Of a stretch of DNA of 50,757 nucleotides, positions 36,841 to 49,355 are shown one piece after another. The notes beneath the pieces were generated by a model. It had not been told where the DNA came from, ran no database searches, and was given only the letters and a program-made list of their open reading frames with translations. The stretch spans positions 1-50,757 of the forward strand of contig MQRK01176686.1 of assembly GCA_001938485.1 (NCBI GenBank), in the 5' to 3' direction. This DNA is from Girardia tigrina (lineage: Eukaryota). Each line of letters opens with the position of its first letter. Position 1 is the first letter of the stretch. Both the position numbers and the translations under genes were made by a program.

Positions 36841-37884
36841 ATAATTTAGATGAAGCAAGTAAATGTAGCCGCACCATTCAGTCTGCCCTTTTGGTGCTGA
36901 TTATGGCGCCCGAGGCAGGTGCCCAACCCACCCTCACCTCGGTACGCCCCTGTATTTAAGCTCTATTAAAAGGTTAAAATGAAAAATAAACTCCGTTCTT
37001 TTAGTGCGTGGAGTAACTTAGAGAAAAATTTAAAGAAACAGAGATCGATTTACAGTTTTGGAAGAAAAACTTGGAAGAAAAACTTGGAAGAAGAGAACGA
37101 GGAAGAGCCGACATCAAACCAATCCAATCCTCAGTTGCCGGACGCAACTGTGAGTATGCCGAGGATACAGCCGAACGACGATGCCGAAGAGACGCANNNN
37201 NNNNNNNNNNNNNNNNNNNNNNNNNNNNNNNNNNNNNNNNNNNNNNNNNNNNNNNNNNNNNNNNNNNNNNNNNNNNNNNNNNNNNNNNNNNNNNNNNNNN
37301 NNNNNNNNNNNNNNNNNNNNNNNNNNNNNNNNNNNNNNNNNNNNNNNNNNNNNNNNNNNNNNNNNNNNNNNNNNNNNNNNNNNNNNNNNNNNNNNNNNNN
37401 NNNNNNNNNNNNNNNNNNNNNNNNNNNNNNNNNNNNNNNNNNNNNNNNNNNNNNNNNNNNNNNNNNNNNNNNNNNNNNNNNNNNNNNNNNNNNNNNNNNN
37501 NNNNNNNNNNNNNNNNNNNNNNNNNNNNNNNNNNNNNNNNNNNNNNNNNNNNNNNNNNNNNNNNNNNNNNNNNNNNNNNNNNNNNNNNNNNNNNNNNNNN
37601 NNNNNNNNNNNNNNNNNNNNNNNNNNNNNNNNNNNNNNNNNNNNNNNNNNNNNNNNNNNNNNNNNNNNNNNNNNNNNNNNNNNNNNNNNNNNNNNNNNNN
37701 NNNNNNNNNNNNNNNNNNNNNNNNNNNNNNNNNNNNNNNNNNNNNNNNNNNNNNNNNNNNNNNNNNNNNNNNNNNNNNNNNNNNNNNNNNNNNNNNNNNN
37801 NNNNNNNNNNNNNNNNNNNNNNNNNNNNNNNNNNNNNNNNNNNNNNNNNNNNNNNNNNNNNNNNNNNNNNNNNNNNNATAGAAA

Positions 37885-37926
37885 ATTGCTGATGATGATT
37901 TTTTTAAAAATCGAAACATGTCCAAT
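37885..37926 (+). ncRNA. Minimal type I hammerhead ribozyme (Penelope pLTR type)
   Basis: ATTG-CTGATGA-T-GATTTT(T)..(A)AAAATC-GAA-ACATGT-C-CAAT: intact core, stems I and II, palindromic stem III, GUC site (cleavage predicted after 37922). Confidence 0.85.
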
Positions 37927-38003
37927 AGTTTTATTAAAAAAGCTTTAATCAAATTATATTTTCGAAATACTAAACTTGCGTTCACAAGACTCAATATTAT
38001 ATA

Positions 38004-38039
<36 letters not shown>

Positions 38040-39159
38040 TATAGTGATTAAAAACGAAAATTGCAAACTATAGGGAAAAACATAAAGAACTTCTTGAATC
38101 CGTCGTAAATTATCTTCTATTATTCGAAAGTTAAAATTAATGCAATTACATCGAGGCTGTCACGGAATTCCACAATAAAAAAATAAATTCCTATCGAAAA
38201 ACTCAATAGAACAAATACTTCCAATTGCCGGGGAAACATCGCTGGTTAACGGCTTCATCACTGCAATTTCGTCAAAACTAAAAACCCACGGCCCAACGAC
38301 CGCGTTACCAAAAAAAGATCAAAAGTAATTATTTTAATAAGTTATTAGTTCATTAGTTCTTCTCTCCTAGTGAACAAACTTTTCCTGTGTTCTGTGATTA
38401 AAAATATCTTCTATTTAATCCGTGGTTAATAGATTTTAGTTTACTGAATTTAATGCTTTATTTTTATATATTCTTTGTATAAAGAAGCTCAGGTATCAAA
38501 ATTAAATAAATCTGTTAGCTTTCTTATTTCGTTACATTGATAGTAAAATTGTTAATTAAGTCAACATTTTGGCTGAAGTCCTTAACAAAACGGAAACCCA
38601 GTTTGATTCTGGAAATTCTCCTTCTGATCACTCGTAATTAGACCTAAATTCAATATTTAAAATATACAGCAATTGAAATGTATCACTCTTCCATACATTC
38701 ACAATCACTCCATAACATTCACAATCAAAACCGTAAAGACGACCAACTATTATTCGGGCACCTTCAAAGGACACACTCGACTAACGGTTCGAATTTCAAC
38801 TATAATGAGGACGACATTTTTCATCATGGAAATTAACCGCAACATGTCGAAAATATTTCGTTTCATGAAATTTTTATATATATTAATGATTTTTTATAAT
38901 TTAAGATGGGATGATTTTACTTTTTCTACGAAGAAAAAAATACCATTGTTACACGAGTTTCACCAATCTTTACTCCCCAGTTGACAGGGCAGCTTGATTA
39001 CCCCCAAGGGATTTTTATAACATGAACTGTCATAAATTTAAGATATAGTTATAAAACGTTTAGTTTATTCATTTATTTCAATTGATTGGTATATAAAATT
39101 ATTAAAAGAAGCAATGATTATAATTAAATAAATAAAGAAAAAAATGACAAATCATTGAA

Positions 39160-39600
39160 ATTAAAATTAACAAGCCAATTAAAATGACGGATTAACCGTC
39201 ATCTTCAGAACAACTGATTTTTAAAAAAGAAAGTTATTTATATACTATCGATAATGATTATGTAATCAATGCGTAAACAATAAATCATTTAAAACTCTTA
39301 ATAAAGTTGTCTAGACTCTAGACTCTAGAGTGCATTTTGAACGTTTATTTTACAGTGATGCGTGAAGCGTTATATATAAGATCTTTGGATCCTAAAATTA
39401 ACGTTCAACATGTACTGTCGACAACTTTATTAAGGGTCTTTAAGTGATTTATTACTGACGTATTGATTACATAATCATTACCGGCAATATATAAGTAACT
39501 ATTCTATAAAAATCAGTTGTTCTGAAGATGGCAATTAATCCGTCGAAATTAATAAATAGTTTAAAACATTTTAATTGACTTGTTAATTTTGATTATTATT
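39160..39600 (+). mobile_element. Penelope 3' fragment with inverted pseudo-LTR
   Basis: MREALYIRSLDPKINVQ..LLRVFK* (GIY-YIG end); 39160-39275 is the reverse complement of ~39458-39590; both copies carry CTGAAGA hammerhead cores. Confidence 0.8.
39517..39559 (+). ncRNA. Degenerate minimal hammerhead ribozyme
   Basis: TTGTT-CTGAAGA-T-GGC...GTC-GAA-ATTAAT-A-AATAG; stem II partly mutated compared with the inverted copy (GACGG/CCGTC). Confidence 0.6.
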
Positions 39601-41028
39601 AAGAACACCAATTTGACTTTTCATATTTTTATGAACACAACAAGTTTGATTGTCCTTAAGACAATCTTTGTCAAAGCTTTCGTACGAGTATATTCTAACT
39701 AAATTGATTAATTACTTAATTCTTATTATTTTTAACAAATGGAGAAATAAATAATTTATTAAAATATTTTTTTCAAAACTTATTGGATAAAAATTAAAAT
39801 GATTATTAATTATTTAAAAAATATTAATTTGATTTATTTATTAAAAATTATAAAAATTAATTAACTTATTTAAAATTTTACAATTATTTTAAATTAAAAA
39901 TAAATTTAAACATTACATATTTTGAGATAATAAGAATTAAAATAGTAATCATCCATCTGATTAGGAGAGATGCATACACATTCAAACACGAAACATCAAG
40001 TATTCAAAATATTCCTCACAATTATAATGAAATAGTAAATTTATAATTAAACATTAAATATACTTATTAAAATAAAAAATGACTTAAAGTCTGATAGAAA
40101 AAGGATTAAAAGATAATTAAGTTGCTCAGTAAATAGCATTGTAAAATAAAATTCTAAAGTCAATTTATTGTAACTGTACTTATCTTTTTAGAAAACTCTT
40201 TCCAGTCAAGCCACAAAAATATGGATATTATTCTATACAAAGATTGTCTCTTTTCCATACCTATTGCATTTCGTTTTCTAGCAATCTAATTTCTCTTTTA
40301 TTCACCTATTCTCCATATACAAATTAGTTTATCTTGCTGAAATACAGTTATCTCTACATCGTATTTTGTTTTCTGCAGTCGCCCATCTACTATTGTTATT
40401 AGCTAAGAGGAAGGTATAATATGACTTTTTCAATTCAAGTAAAACTATTGCATTACAGTCCCTGTTTAAGATAAATGTTTTGTAGTTGTTGAGTTATATG
40501 ATAATTTTCTAAAATAACTTTATATAAAATATATAACATGTTTGTGTAGGCCAATAAACTACAGATAATTTGCTGGAAATTTCTTTGTGAAAAAGTAAAA
40601 ACAGTGTATTGGAATCTTGTTTTTAGTTATGTTCACTCTTTTGTATACTTGGTTGCTAGGTGTTTACCATTGATAAAATACTATATTATTTATATGATGA
40701 TAGGATAAGAAATTCTGTTTAACTTTCACTAGAAAAAAATAAAGGCTAAAAAGTAATTATCATTATTTGTAATATAAATTTCAATTTATGTTGAATTAGG
40801 ATTGAGTCCTTTGGAAGGTTGTCTAACCTTTTATCATTTGCTACTCCATGCCTCTCCTCAGTTACATTTACGATATTTCCTTATATTAATGAAATTTCTT
40901 CAAAAATATTAATTTTAACCGTAATTAGACAAAAGAAGTGTTTGCAATTTTTAGGATATTTTTTTAGTCTAATGAACAACAATTTGAAATTTTCAGAAGG
41001 ATAATTTTTTAAGTTTTTTTAAATCATC

Positions 41029-41071
41029 GTTGGACATGTTTCGATCACAATCTTTGATCATCTTCAGCAAC
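41029..41071 (-). ncRNA. Minimal type I hammerhead ribozyme
   Basis: Reverse strand reads GTTG-CTGAAGA-T-GATC...GATC-GAA-ACATGT-C-CAAC; lies downstream of a GIY-YIG relic on the same strand. Confidence 0.88.
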
Positions 41072-41110
41072 TTTATTTGTGTTTTTTAATTTAGTTTTTC
41101 ATTTTATTAA

Positions 41111-41373
41111 CACTAGATTTACGAACTGAGCCAATTTGACTCATTTAAAATTATATTGCTATATATATAAAACTGAAATATAATTTTTTTAAATACATAT
41201 GATGGTTTTAGTTAAGTAATGAAATATAGGTTACTCCACTCTTCAAATTCCCTCATTTCGCATATTTGAAAGTGGTTTACATATTTCTACGGCTATGAAG
41301 TCACTTGTTATATGAGTCAAATTGGCTCACTTCAGTAAAAATAGGTATATAATCAACCATCGTATATCTAGTG
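41111..41373. mobile_element. piggyBac-type MITE
   Basis: TTAA on both sides; TIRs CACTAGAT(T/A)TACGA; internal inverted repeat TGAGCCAATTTGACTCAT / ATGAGTCAAATTGGCTCA. Confidence 0.88.
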
Positions 41374-41445
41374 TTAATTTATTTAATTTTTATTGATGAA
41401 TATTTTTGTTTTTAAATATTAATTTTATTTAAAGAAATTTAGTAT

Positions 41446-41860
41446 TTATGCTAATTTGCTTTTCCCATTTTGGATATTAATCAATTGGTTATAATGTCTT
41501 ATTAGAAATGATTCACAATACAACATCTTAAAATGTGAATCGAAATTCTTCTGAAGAATAGAAAATTCATCTTTTGAAATTGACGAAGTTCTATATTTAC
41601 GATATCTGCATTGATTAAGAACCTTACTCGATATAATCGACTGATTCACTAATCTATTCACTATTCAAACGTTTCCTAAGAATTTCAAGTCCGCAACATC
41701 CGCTTACAAAGGTTGAGGAAAGATTCCATATTTTATGAATTAAACCCTTGATAATACTATTTTTTATCTCTCTTCACTGAAACATTTTGAACGTTTTATA
41801 AATTAATGTGTCAGTTACCTTTCCGTACTAATCTTTTTCATATTTACTATAAAGAGTTAG
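41446..41860 (-). mobile_element. Penelope RT C-terminal / GIY-YIG relic
   Basis: KNSIIKGLIHKIWNLSS (post-RT helix) and EFSILQK...CESFLIRHYNQLINIQ (GIY-YIG end), internally deleted. Confidence 0.7.
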
Positions 41861-43510
41861 TTTAAATTTGCATTTTACCAAAATAGTTTATTATTTTTTT
41901 ATTTGAATGTTTAAAAAAAGTAAATAAATACAAAACTTTTAAAATTGAAAAAGATATTATAAAGAAAACGATTAAAAATAAAAAAATGTTTACAGTTACA
42001 ACAATTGATATATTTTTAATAAAAATTTTGAAATAAGAATTTTAAAATACTTAACGGATTAAACTTAATAATATTTTAAGAAATAATTTGTAAAATAAAA
42101 GACTTATGGTAAATTTAAATTAATTAGTTTTAGGATAACATTTTATAAAAATTTTTAGTTATAATTGAAAATTAATTTTATTAATTTAAAGTTTTAAAAT
42201 TTGTAAAATTTTACAAATTGAATTAAAAAAATTCAATAGATTGATTTTGGTGGAATAATTGAATTAACAAGGAATTTGTTTAATTATGTGAATTATTTAG
42301 TTAATAAAATTTTGTGTTAAATTATGAACCTTGAATCTAGTGAAAATGAAGGTGATATAAACGCTACTTACATTTACAATTGATTATTTTAACAAAAACA
42401 TCCAAAATGATGTTGTCTGTTGTTACCATTATGATTTATAAATGTTTGTTTTAAACTGACAACTTAAATTTTAAATTATTTATTTAACTTTGAATTTGTT
42501 TTAGGTTTAAAAAGTTTTTTTCGATATTTTAAAATGAGATTAAAATTTAATTAAGTTTAAAAAATGAATGAAATTATTTAAGCAAAATTAAATCATGAGG
42601 AGTCAGTTAAGTTTCTTTTTGCTGACAAATTTCAATAATTCAAAAATGATGAAGATTTTAAAACAATTTCAATTTTTTTAATATTTTAAATCTAATTTCG
42701 ATTAATAATTGAAATAAATTATTTTTTAAATTATATACTAAACTTTTTTAAGAAATTGATTATTGAATATGTTTTAGAATTTCGTATTTAATCATCAGCA
42801 ATTATAATTGAATTTTTGTTCCTTTTAATGTTTGTTTTATAAAAAGTTATTTTTTAACGGAATTATTTTTATGATTTATTTTAATTAATTAAGCTATTAT
42901 TAAATAATAATGGCAAAATGTTTTGAAATTTAATAAAAGATTTAAAATTATATCCACTAATTTGATATTTTGGAAAAATAATTTAGTTAAAGATTTTTCA
43001 ATTTTCATTTTAATGGAAAATTTAGAAGTTCATATTTATTAATTCAAGATATATTATTTCTTTATTAATTTTCGAATTTTTATGTATTTGTTTTAATTAT
43101 CATATATAATTTGGGAAATGACTTAATTGGTATTTTCTTAATTTCACTTTTTTAATGTAGTAAATATTAATAATTTTCGTTATTAATTTTTGATACATTT
43201 AATTAAAATTTTTGTCGAATAAATAATTTTACGAATTCAGCACAATTTAATTTATTAGACGGAATCTGCTGTATTAATAAAATATCCCGATTATGTTTTT
43301 TGTCTCCTTCCTAGAGAATGTATTGAAATCTTAATTAATGTTATGTCACAACTTTTCTTGAGGACCTCAAATTAGTACAGAAAATTATTCACTACTTCCG
43401 ATTTTCCATCATTTCGCTGATTTGTTTGACAAAGTTTTCAGTTCAACGAAATTTTGTAAAATTAATCAAAATAGTCGCGAATATATAATTTGCCATTCTT
43501 TTTATTAGCT

Positions 43511-43556
<46 letters not shown>

Positions 43557-46082
43557 TTATGTGTATGTATATATGTAATTTAGAAACCTATTTTTGAAGG
43601 CCTTCTACTCAATCGATTTTCTCCGATATTTGCACACTTACTCATTCTCGATGACAATAAATGATTATGTGAGAATTTGATCGAAAAAAACTTTTTAAGA
43701 TCCAAAAATGGGAAAAACGGAAAATTCAGAGTTCCCGCACAATATTAATTGCAAGATATCTATTTATAAATTATAAGTAGTTTATATTGTTTTTTTAATT
43801 AAAATTTTTTAAATCTTAAATTTTTAAATTTTAAAAACTTCGTTGGCAAAGTACAATTCTGCCTGCATAAAGAATGGATATAAAAATTTTATTTTTTTGA
43901 TTTACTAGCTTTAAAATTAAATGAAATTGCACTTAAATTTTCTGTTTGAAATGAAAGAAGAATAAATAAAACAAAATTGAGAATTATTTTAATCATTATA
44001 ACTAATATTCAAATTAGTTAAAAATATTTTAAAAAATGGAATAAATGTCAAAAATATGTGATTACTACAGTTTTGAAAAATCGTGTTAAATGAAAATATT
44101 TTTATAATTGTTTACTAAGAAAAATTCTATGAAGAGAAATTGAAAATAATTTGAATTTTTAAAAAAATGATTTTTTGTTACAAATCGATATCTGATTTTC
44201 GAAGGCATTAAAACTTCTAAAAATAAGTAACTTATCTACTGCTAATTTGTTAATAAATTATAATTGTACGAGCGTTACACATCAATAAACCGAGTAACTG
44301 ACACAAATGGGATTTTATAAATATTATTTTATTTTTTATTATATTATTATTATGGAGAAGGTTTGTTAAGATTTAGAAGTTACATTTTTTGATTTTGGTC
44401 AAGTAGTTTCGGAGTTTTGTTATTTTCCCGTAAGGGAAACATATAAATTTAATTTTAAAAAAGTAAAGTTTTTGTTTGTATTGGATCGGAGCAGGACAAC
44501 TGACCACAAGATTTAGTTTATAATTTTTTTAAGGATTATTTTAGGATTGTAGAAAATTTTAATTAATTAATTCACAAAGATCAAATATCAAGTTTGAACA
44601 CAATGACAAAAATAAAATTTTAAGGATTAGTAAATTAAAGCTCGTATTTTTATCTAATTAAATGTTTAATCATAAAAAATTAAAGTTATGAGGAATTAGT
44701 TAATCTTCGAAATTTAATTATTAATTGAATAAATTATTTGGATTTAAAACCAAATTTATTTTAAATTTTATGTTAGCAAAAAATGAAATTTAGTGTTTAA
44801 AGTAGAATAAAAATGTAACGGAAGATGGTGACAAATAATAAAATTAATTTAAAAATTATAGTCACCAATTTTTACAATAAAATAAAAACAATTATAATGA
44901 CATAAAATTGAATTTGTGACGAGTTATCGCGTACCCGTACAATTGATTTGTAAATAATAACTCTGATGTCACTCATTTAATAAAATTTTAAAATTATATA
45001 TTGAAGAGTTAATTCTTTTCGTAATTTATATTCTTTAATTATGAATTTTAATTAAAAAGAAGAATATGTTTAATATTTTATGAATCATTTTATTAATGTT
45101 TTAATTATGTGGAATTAATGCGATTATTATTCTTTCAGCATTGTAATTCTTTTTTTATTTGTAAAACTTGTAAAATTGAATTTAAATTATCATTTGCAAT
45201 GAAATTAAAATTTGATTTTTCAACTTTCTTTTGTTTTAAATTGTGTTTAAAACTAAATATATTTTATATTTATAATTTTTTAAGTATCAAAGCATCGATG
45301 TAAAAACATTCGTTGTCCCTTTGAAAAAGAGTGATGGGGGGCTTCTAAAAACAATTTTTTCATTGTCCTTAGGCAATTATAACTAATGTTTGAAATGTTT
45401 TGTGTGAAATAATTGATTGTTGTTGATTAAATTCGTTAGACCTTGCACAATATCACGCTTTTTCTAGATATTGTAACCAGTGCCACATAATTGTTACAAC
45501 AAACATAAAAGAAAAACGAACTTGATAAACAAAATAACAAAAAAATTCAAATATCATTTATCAAATCAAATCTTGTCGTAACGAATTACATGTCACGTAT
45601 AATGCATTCAATAACACAAAACATTTCAAATGAACACAATATACCGGTTATTACCAACAATTGAGCATAGGCACCCTTTGATACTTAAAAAATTATAAAT
45701 TTAAAATATATTTAATTTTAAACACGATATAAAACAAAAACAGAACGAAAGTTGACAAATCAAATTTTAATTTCATTTTCAAATGATAATTTAAAAATAA
45801 ATAAATTCATAATTAACAAATTTTTAGTTCTCTTAATATTTTAATTTTTAACTTTCTACAAAACTGTCAAATATTTTTAATTAATCAGTTGAAAACGATT
45901 ACTTTTTTATATTTATTTTTTAATATAAGATTTACTCTTTTCTTCTTAATTTTATACTTTAATAATAATTGAAATAACGTTTAAAAATGCTATTAAAAAT
46001 AAATGAATTTTAAACCAATTAAAATATTTGGTAATAAATTAATTATCAAACTAGTTGTCATATAAGTTTTATCGCAATAATT

Positions 46083-47753
46083 ATGTATAAAATGTCTGAT
46101 TACAAATTAGAATGTTCTATTTGTTTGGATTCAATGGACCAGTTTAAAGAAACAGCAACGACTGAGATATGTCAACACTTGTTTTGTGTCTCTTGTTTAC
46201 AACGATGGTTGATCGAAAAGCCGCTCTGTCCTCTTGATCGGATTGAAGTCTCAAAAATTAAAGTTTTCAACACAGAATTGGATATGTTTGAATATATTCC
46301 TTTGAAGTCTTTCATTTTATCACACTACTTAGAAACAAAACAAATAATATTTAAAAGTTATATGAAAACCTTTTCTGGAATTATTATAGAATTCAGAAAA
46401 TCTTTAAAACAGTTACAAGCACTAAAAGAAGATTGTGAAAAACTTTACTCAAAATATGGAAAAAAACAATTTCACTTGGGGATCGATTCTTGTTCTTTAG
46501 AGTCAGAGAGGAAGCTGGAAGAGTTTCTTTCTTCTCTCAAACAAATTATATCAAAAAATGATATTTCTGTGAATACTTACGAGAAAGAAATCTATTCGAA
46601 TAGGAAATATTTAAAGGAAGAAGAAAAAAATTTAAGTAATCATTATATTAAATATTTTTCAGGTGATAATTTATTTGAGGCGTTCCACTCAAATGTGATC
46701 ACCTTTGTAGGATTTATCAACTTGTTGGACGAAGTAAATAAATATTTAAATCAAATTGAAGGATTTTCCAAATTGGTTTTAAAAACTGTTTGTCATGAAG
46801 ATTTGAGAAAGAAAGATCAAAGGTCAATGGAAGGTCTGTACGAAGAAGCGGAATATAAACTAATTAATCTAGTTGATCTTAGTAGTCGTTATATAAAATT
46901 CATAAGATCAATCTTTTTAATAAAAACCATTCAAGAATGTGTTGAAGTAGATTGGTCGGACGTGTTTGAAGATTGTGACAAGAAATGTTTGGTTTGTGAG
47001 AATGTGGAAGAAAATTCCGAGTGTCAGTTTGAGAATTGTAATCATAAAATATGCTCTCTATGCTCGACGATTTTCGATGTAAAAAACATTTATTGTCCCT
47101 TTGAAAAGAGTGATGGGGGGCTACTAACATCGAATGTCGTGAAGAACATTGAGACATTTTTAATTGGCCAGCATCATTCCTTGATCAAAGACTCAGTTGA
47201 CATTATTTTAGAGTTTATCTGTTTCATAATAAAATACATGTCAAATATAATCATCAACAATAAATTAAATGTATTTTTATCTAATATTCCAACATTTGGC
47301 AATTTGTTAAAATTAGTGTCAGTAAAAATAAGCCTGAGGTATCTGAAAATGATTAAACTATTTATATGTCAAAAGTTAAATTGGAAACGATTGTCATTAA
47401 AATCTCAAATAAAAGTAGAGTCATTGTTGAAAGGGACAATGTTTTTTGGGATTTTATTAAATGATGTCCATAAGAAGTTAAATAAACTATCGAAATTTGA
47501 AATTGCGTATTTAGAAAATAAGGACGTTGACATTCAAAATCAATATGAACAAATGTTTAAAGATTTAGAAAGAGAAATAAAGGAAAGTTGTGAGAAATAT
47601 TTTGGAATGATCTATGAAGTATCTGAAGCATTCGGCTTTTATTACGAATTTACGTTAACACAAAAAATACAAGGTGCTTACTTTAATTTTTTAAGTTTTG
47701 TAAACCCTGCTCAATTTTCGATACTATCAGAACTAAATATTTCAGAAGTTTAA
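46083..47753 (+). CDS. Single-exon protein with two RING-type zinc fingers, each followed by a helical region (putative E3 ligase), 556 aa
   Basis: CSIC..CQHLFCVSC..W..CPLD at the N-terminus and CLVC..CNHKICSLC..CPFE mid-protein; long intact ORF in very AT-rich DNA. Confidence 0.85.
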   Translation: MYKMSDYKLECSICLDSMDQFKETATTEICQHLFCVSCLQRWLIEKPLCPLDRIEVSKIKVFNTELDMFEYIPLKSFILSHYLETKQIIFKSYMKTFSGIIIEFRKSLKQLQALKEDCEKLYSKYGKKQFHLGIDSCSLESERKLEEFLSSLKQIISKNDISVNTYEKEIYSNRKYLKEEEKNLSNHYIKYFSGDNLFEAFHSNVITFVGFINLLDEVNKYLNQIEGFSKLVLKTVCHEDLRKKDQRSMEGLYEEAEYKLINLVDLSSRYIKFIRSIFLIKTIQECVEVDWSDVFEDCDKKCLVCENVEENSECQFENCNHKICSLCSTIFDVKNIYCPFEKSDGGLLTSNVVKNIETFLIGQHHSLIKDSVDIILEFICFIIKYMSNIIINNKLNVFLSNIPTFGNLLKLVSVKISLRYLKMIKLFICQKLNWKRLSLKSQIKVESLLKGTMFFGILLNDVHKKLNKLSKFEIAYLENKDVDIQNQYEQMFKDLEREIKESCEKYFGMIYEVSEAFGFYYEFTLTQKIQGAYFNFLSFVNPAQFSILSELNISEV

Positions 47754-48627
47754 GTTCTATGTAGATATTGCGTGGGAACGAAAGTTTTGTCAGTTATTGA
47801 AAAAACTTTAAATAATTTTTTTTATAATTTGATTTTATATATTATATATTCTAAGGAACATTTTGATATATTATTTGCATTGTATAGTTATTTGTGTTAG
47901 GAACAAGTTAAAAATGCCAAAAAACGTGAAAGTTCACTGCACCCAGTTGTGGGTAGGGGGAAAGTGTATTGTGTGCTAAATAAAACTATTTTAATATTGC
48001 GGATTAGACGGGCGAATTGCAGTTAATTATGGTGTAAATAAATTTTCATTCGTTTCAAACCGTCCTTTCAGAAAAAATCAAATATTTATAATACATTTAT
48101 TGGTTTCACAATTTGAATTGTCACTCGGACAATTCTCCACAAAACTTGCGTAGCTAGTCATCGTTCATGACACATTTTTTAATAATATTTGTAAACGTCT
48201 TATTATTCAAACAAATTTAAATTATAATTTATTTACAATTCGATTTCAATAAAATTTATCATTTAAATTACAAAGTAATTTGAATTACTTTAAAAAATAT
48301 TTTAAATATGATATATTCATTTAATTTTAAAGTGAAATTAAATTTAATAATTTTAATAATTAAAAAATTTAATAATTTTAATTTAATTTTAAATAAAATT
48401 ATTTTCAACTTAAAATCTACAGATTTGCACAGTGTAAGTGTTGTTGTTTAAGACTAGTCACAAAATAATAGAGAGTCATACTTCTTCATTTTACAATGCA
48501 TGGTGTGGATTGCATTTGGTATTTCACGTCTAATCAGTAGTGTAAAAATGGGCATTCGGCATACATACCCCCCCCCCNNNNNNNNNNNNNNNNNNNNNNN
48601 NNNNNNNNNNNNNNNNNNNNNNNNNNN

Positions 48628-49272
48628 TTTTAAGTTTTGTAAACCCTGCTCAATTTTCGATACTATCAGAACTAAATATTTCAGAAGTTTAAGTTCTATG
48701 TAGATATTGCGTGGGAACGAAAGTTTTGTCAGTTATTGAAAAAACTGTAAATAAATTTTTTTTATAATTTGATTTTATATATTATATATTCTAAGGAACA
48801 TTTTGATATATTATTTGCATTGTATAGTTATTTGTGTTAGGAACAAGTTAAAATGCCAAAAACGTGAAAGTTCACTGCACCCAGTTGTGGGTAGGGGGAA
48901 AGTGTATTGTGTGCTAAATAAAACTATTTTAATATTGTGGATTAGGCGGGCGAATTGCAGTTAATTATGGTGTAAATAAATTTTCATTCGTTTCAAACCG
49001 TCCTTTCGGAAAAAATCAAATATTTATAATACATTTATTGGTTTCACAATTTGAATTGTCACTCGGACAATTCTCCACAAAACTTGTGTAGCTAGTCATC
49101 GTTCATGATACATTTTTTAATAATATTTGTAAACGTCTTATTATTCAAACAAATTTAAATTATAATTTATTTACAATTCGATTTCAATAAAATTTATCAT
49201 TTAAATTACAAAATAATTTGAATTACTTTAAAAAATATTTTAAATATGATATATTCATTTAATTTTAAAGTG
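48628..49272 (+). repeat. Near-identical duplicate of ~47689-48334 across an N gap
   Basis: Direct sequence identity with scattered SNPs and indels; same pattern at 1-328/421-749 and ~1790-3163/~3356-4755. Confidence 0.9.
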
Positions 49273-49355
49273 AGTTATTTAAATTTTAAAATTGATTAAA
49301 TTATCCGACGCTCAGAACAGTTCTCTACTTTCAACTTCTAGAAGAAAATCAAAGA

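Noticed and set aside
36979-37994. Long 255-300 aa ORFs
   Set aside because: Their length comes from the N run.
47689-49272. Duplicated 3' end of the RING gene as a second gene
   Set aside because: A gap-flanking near-identical copy; cannot be distinguished from a haplotype artefact.
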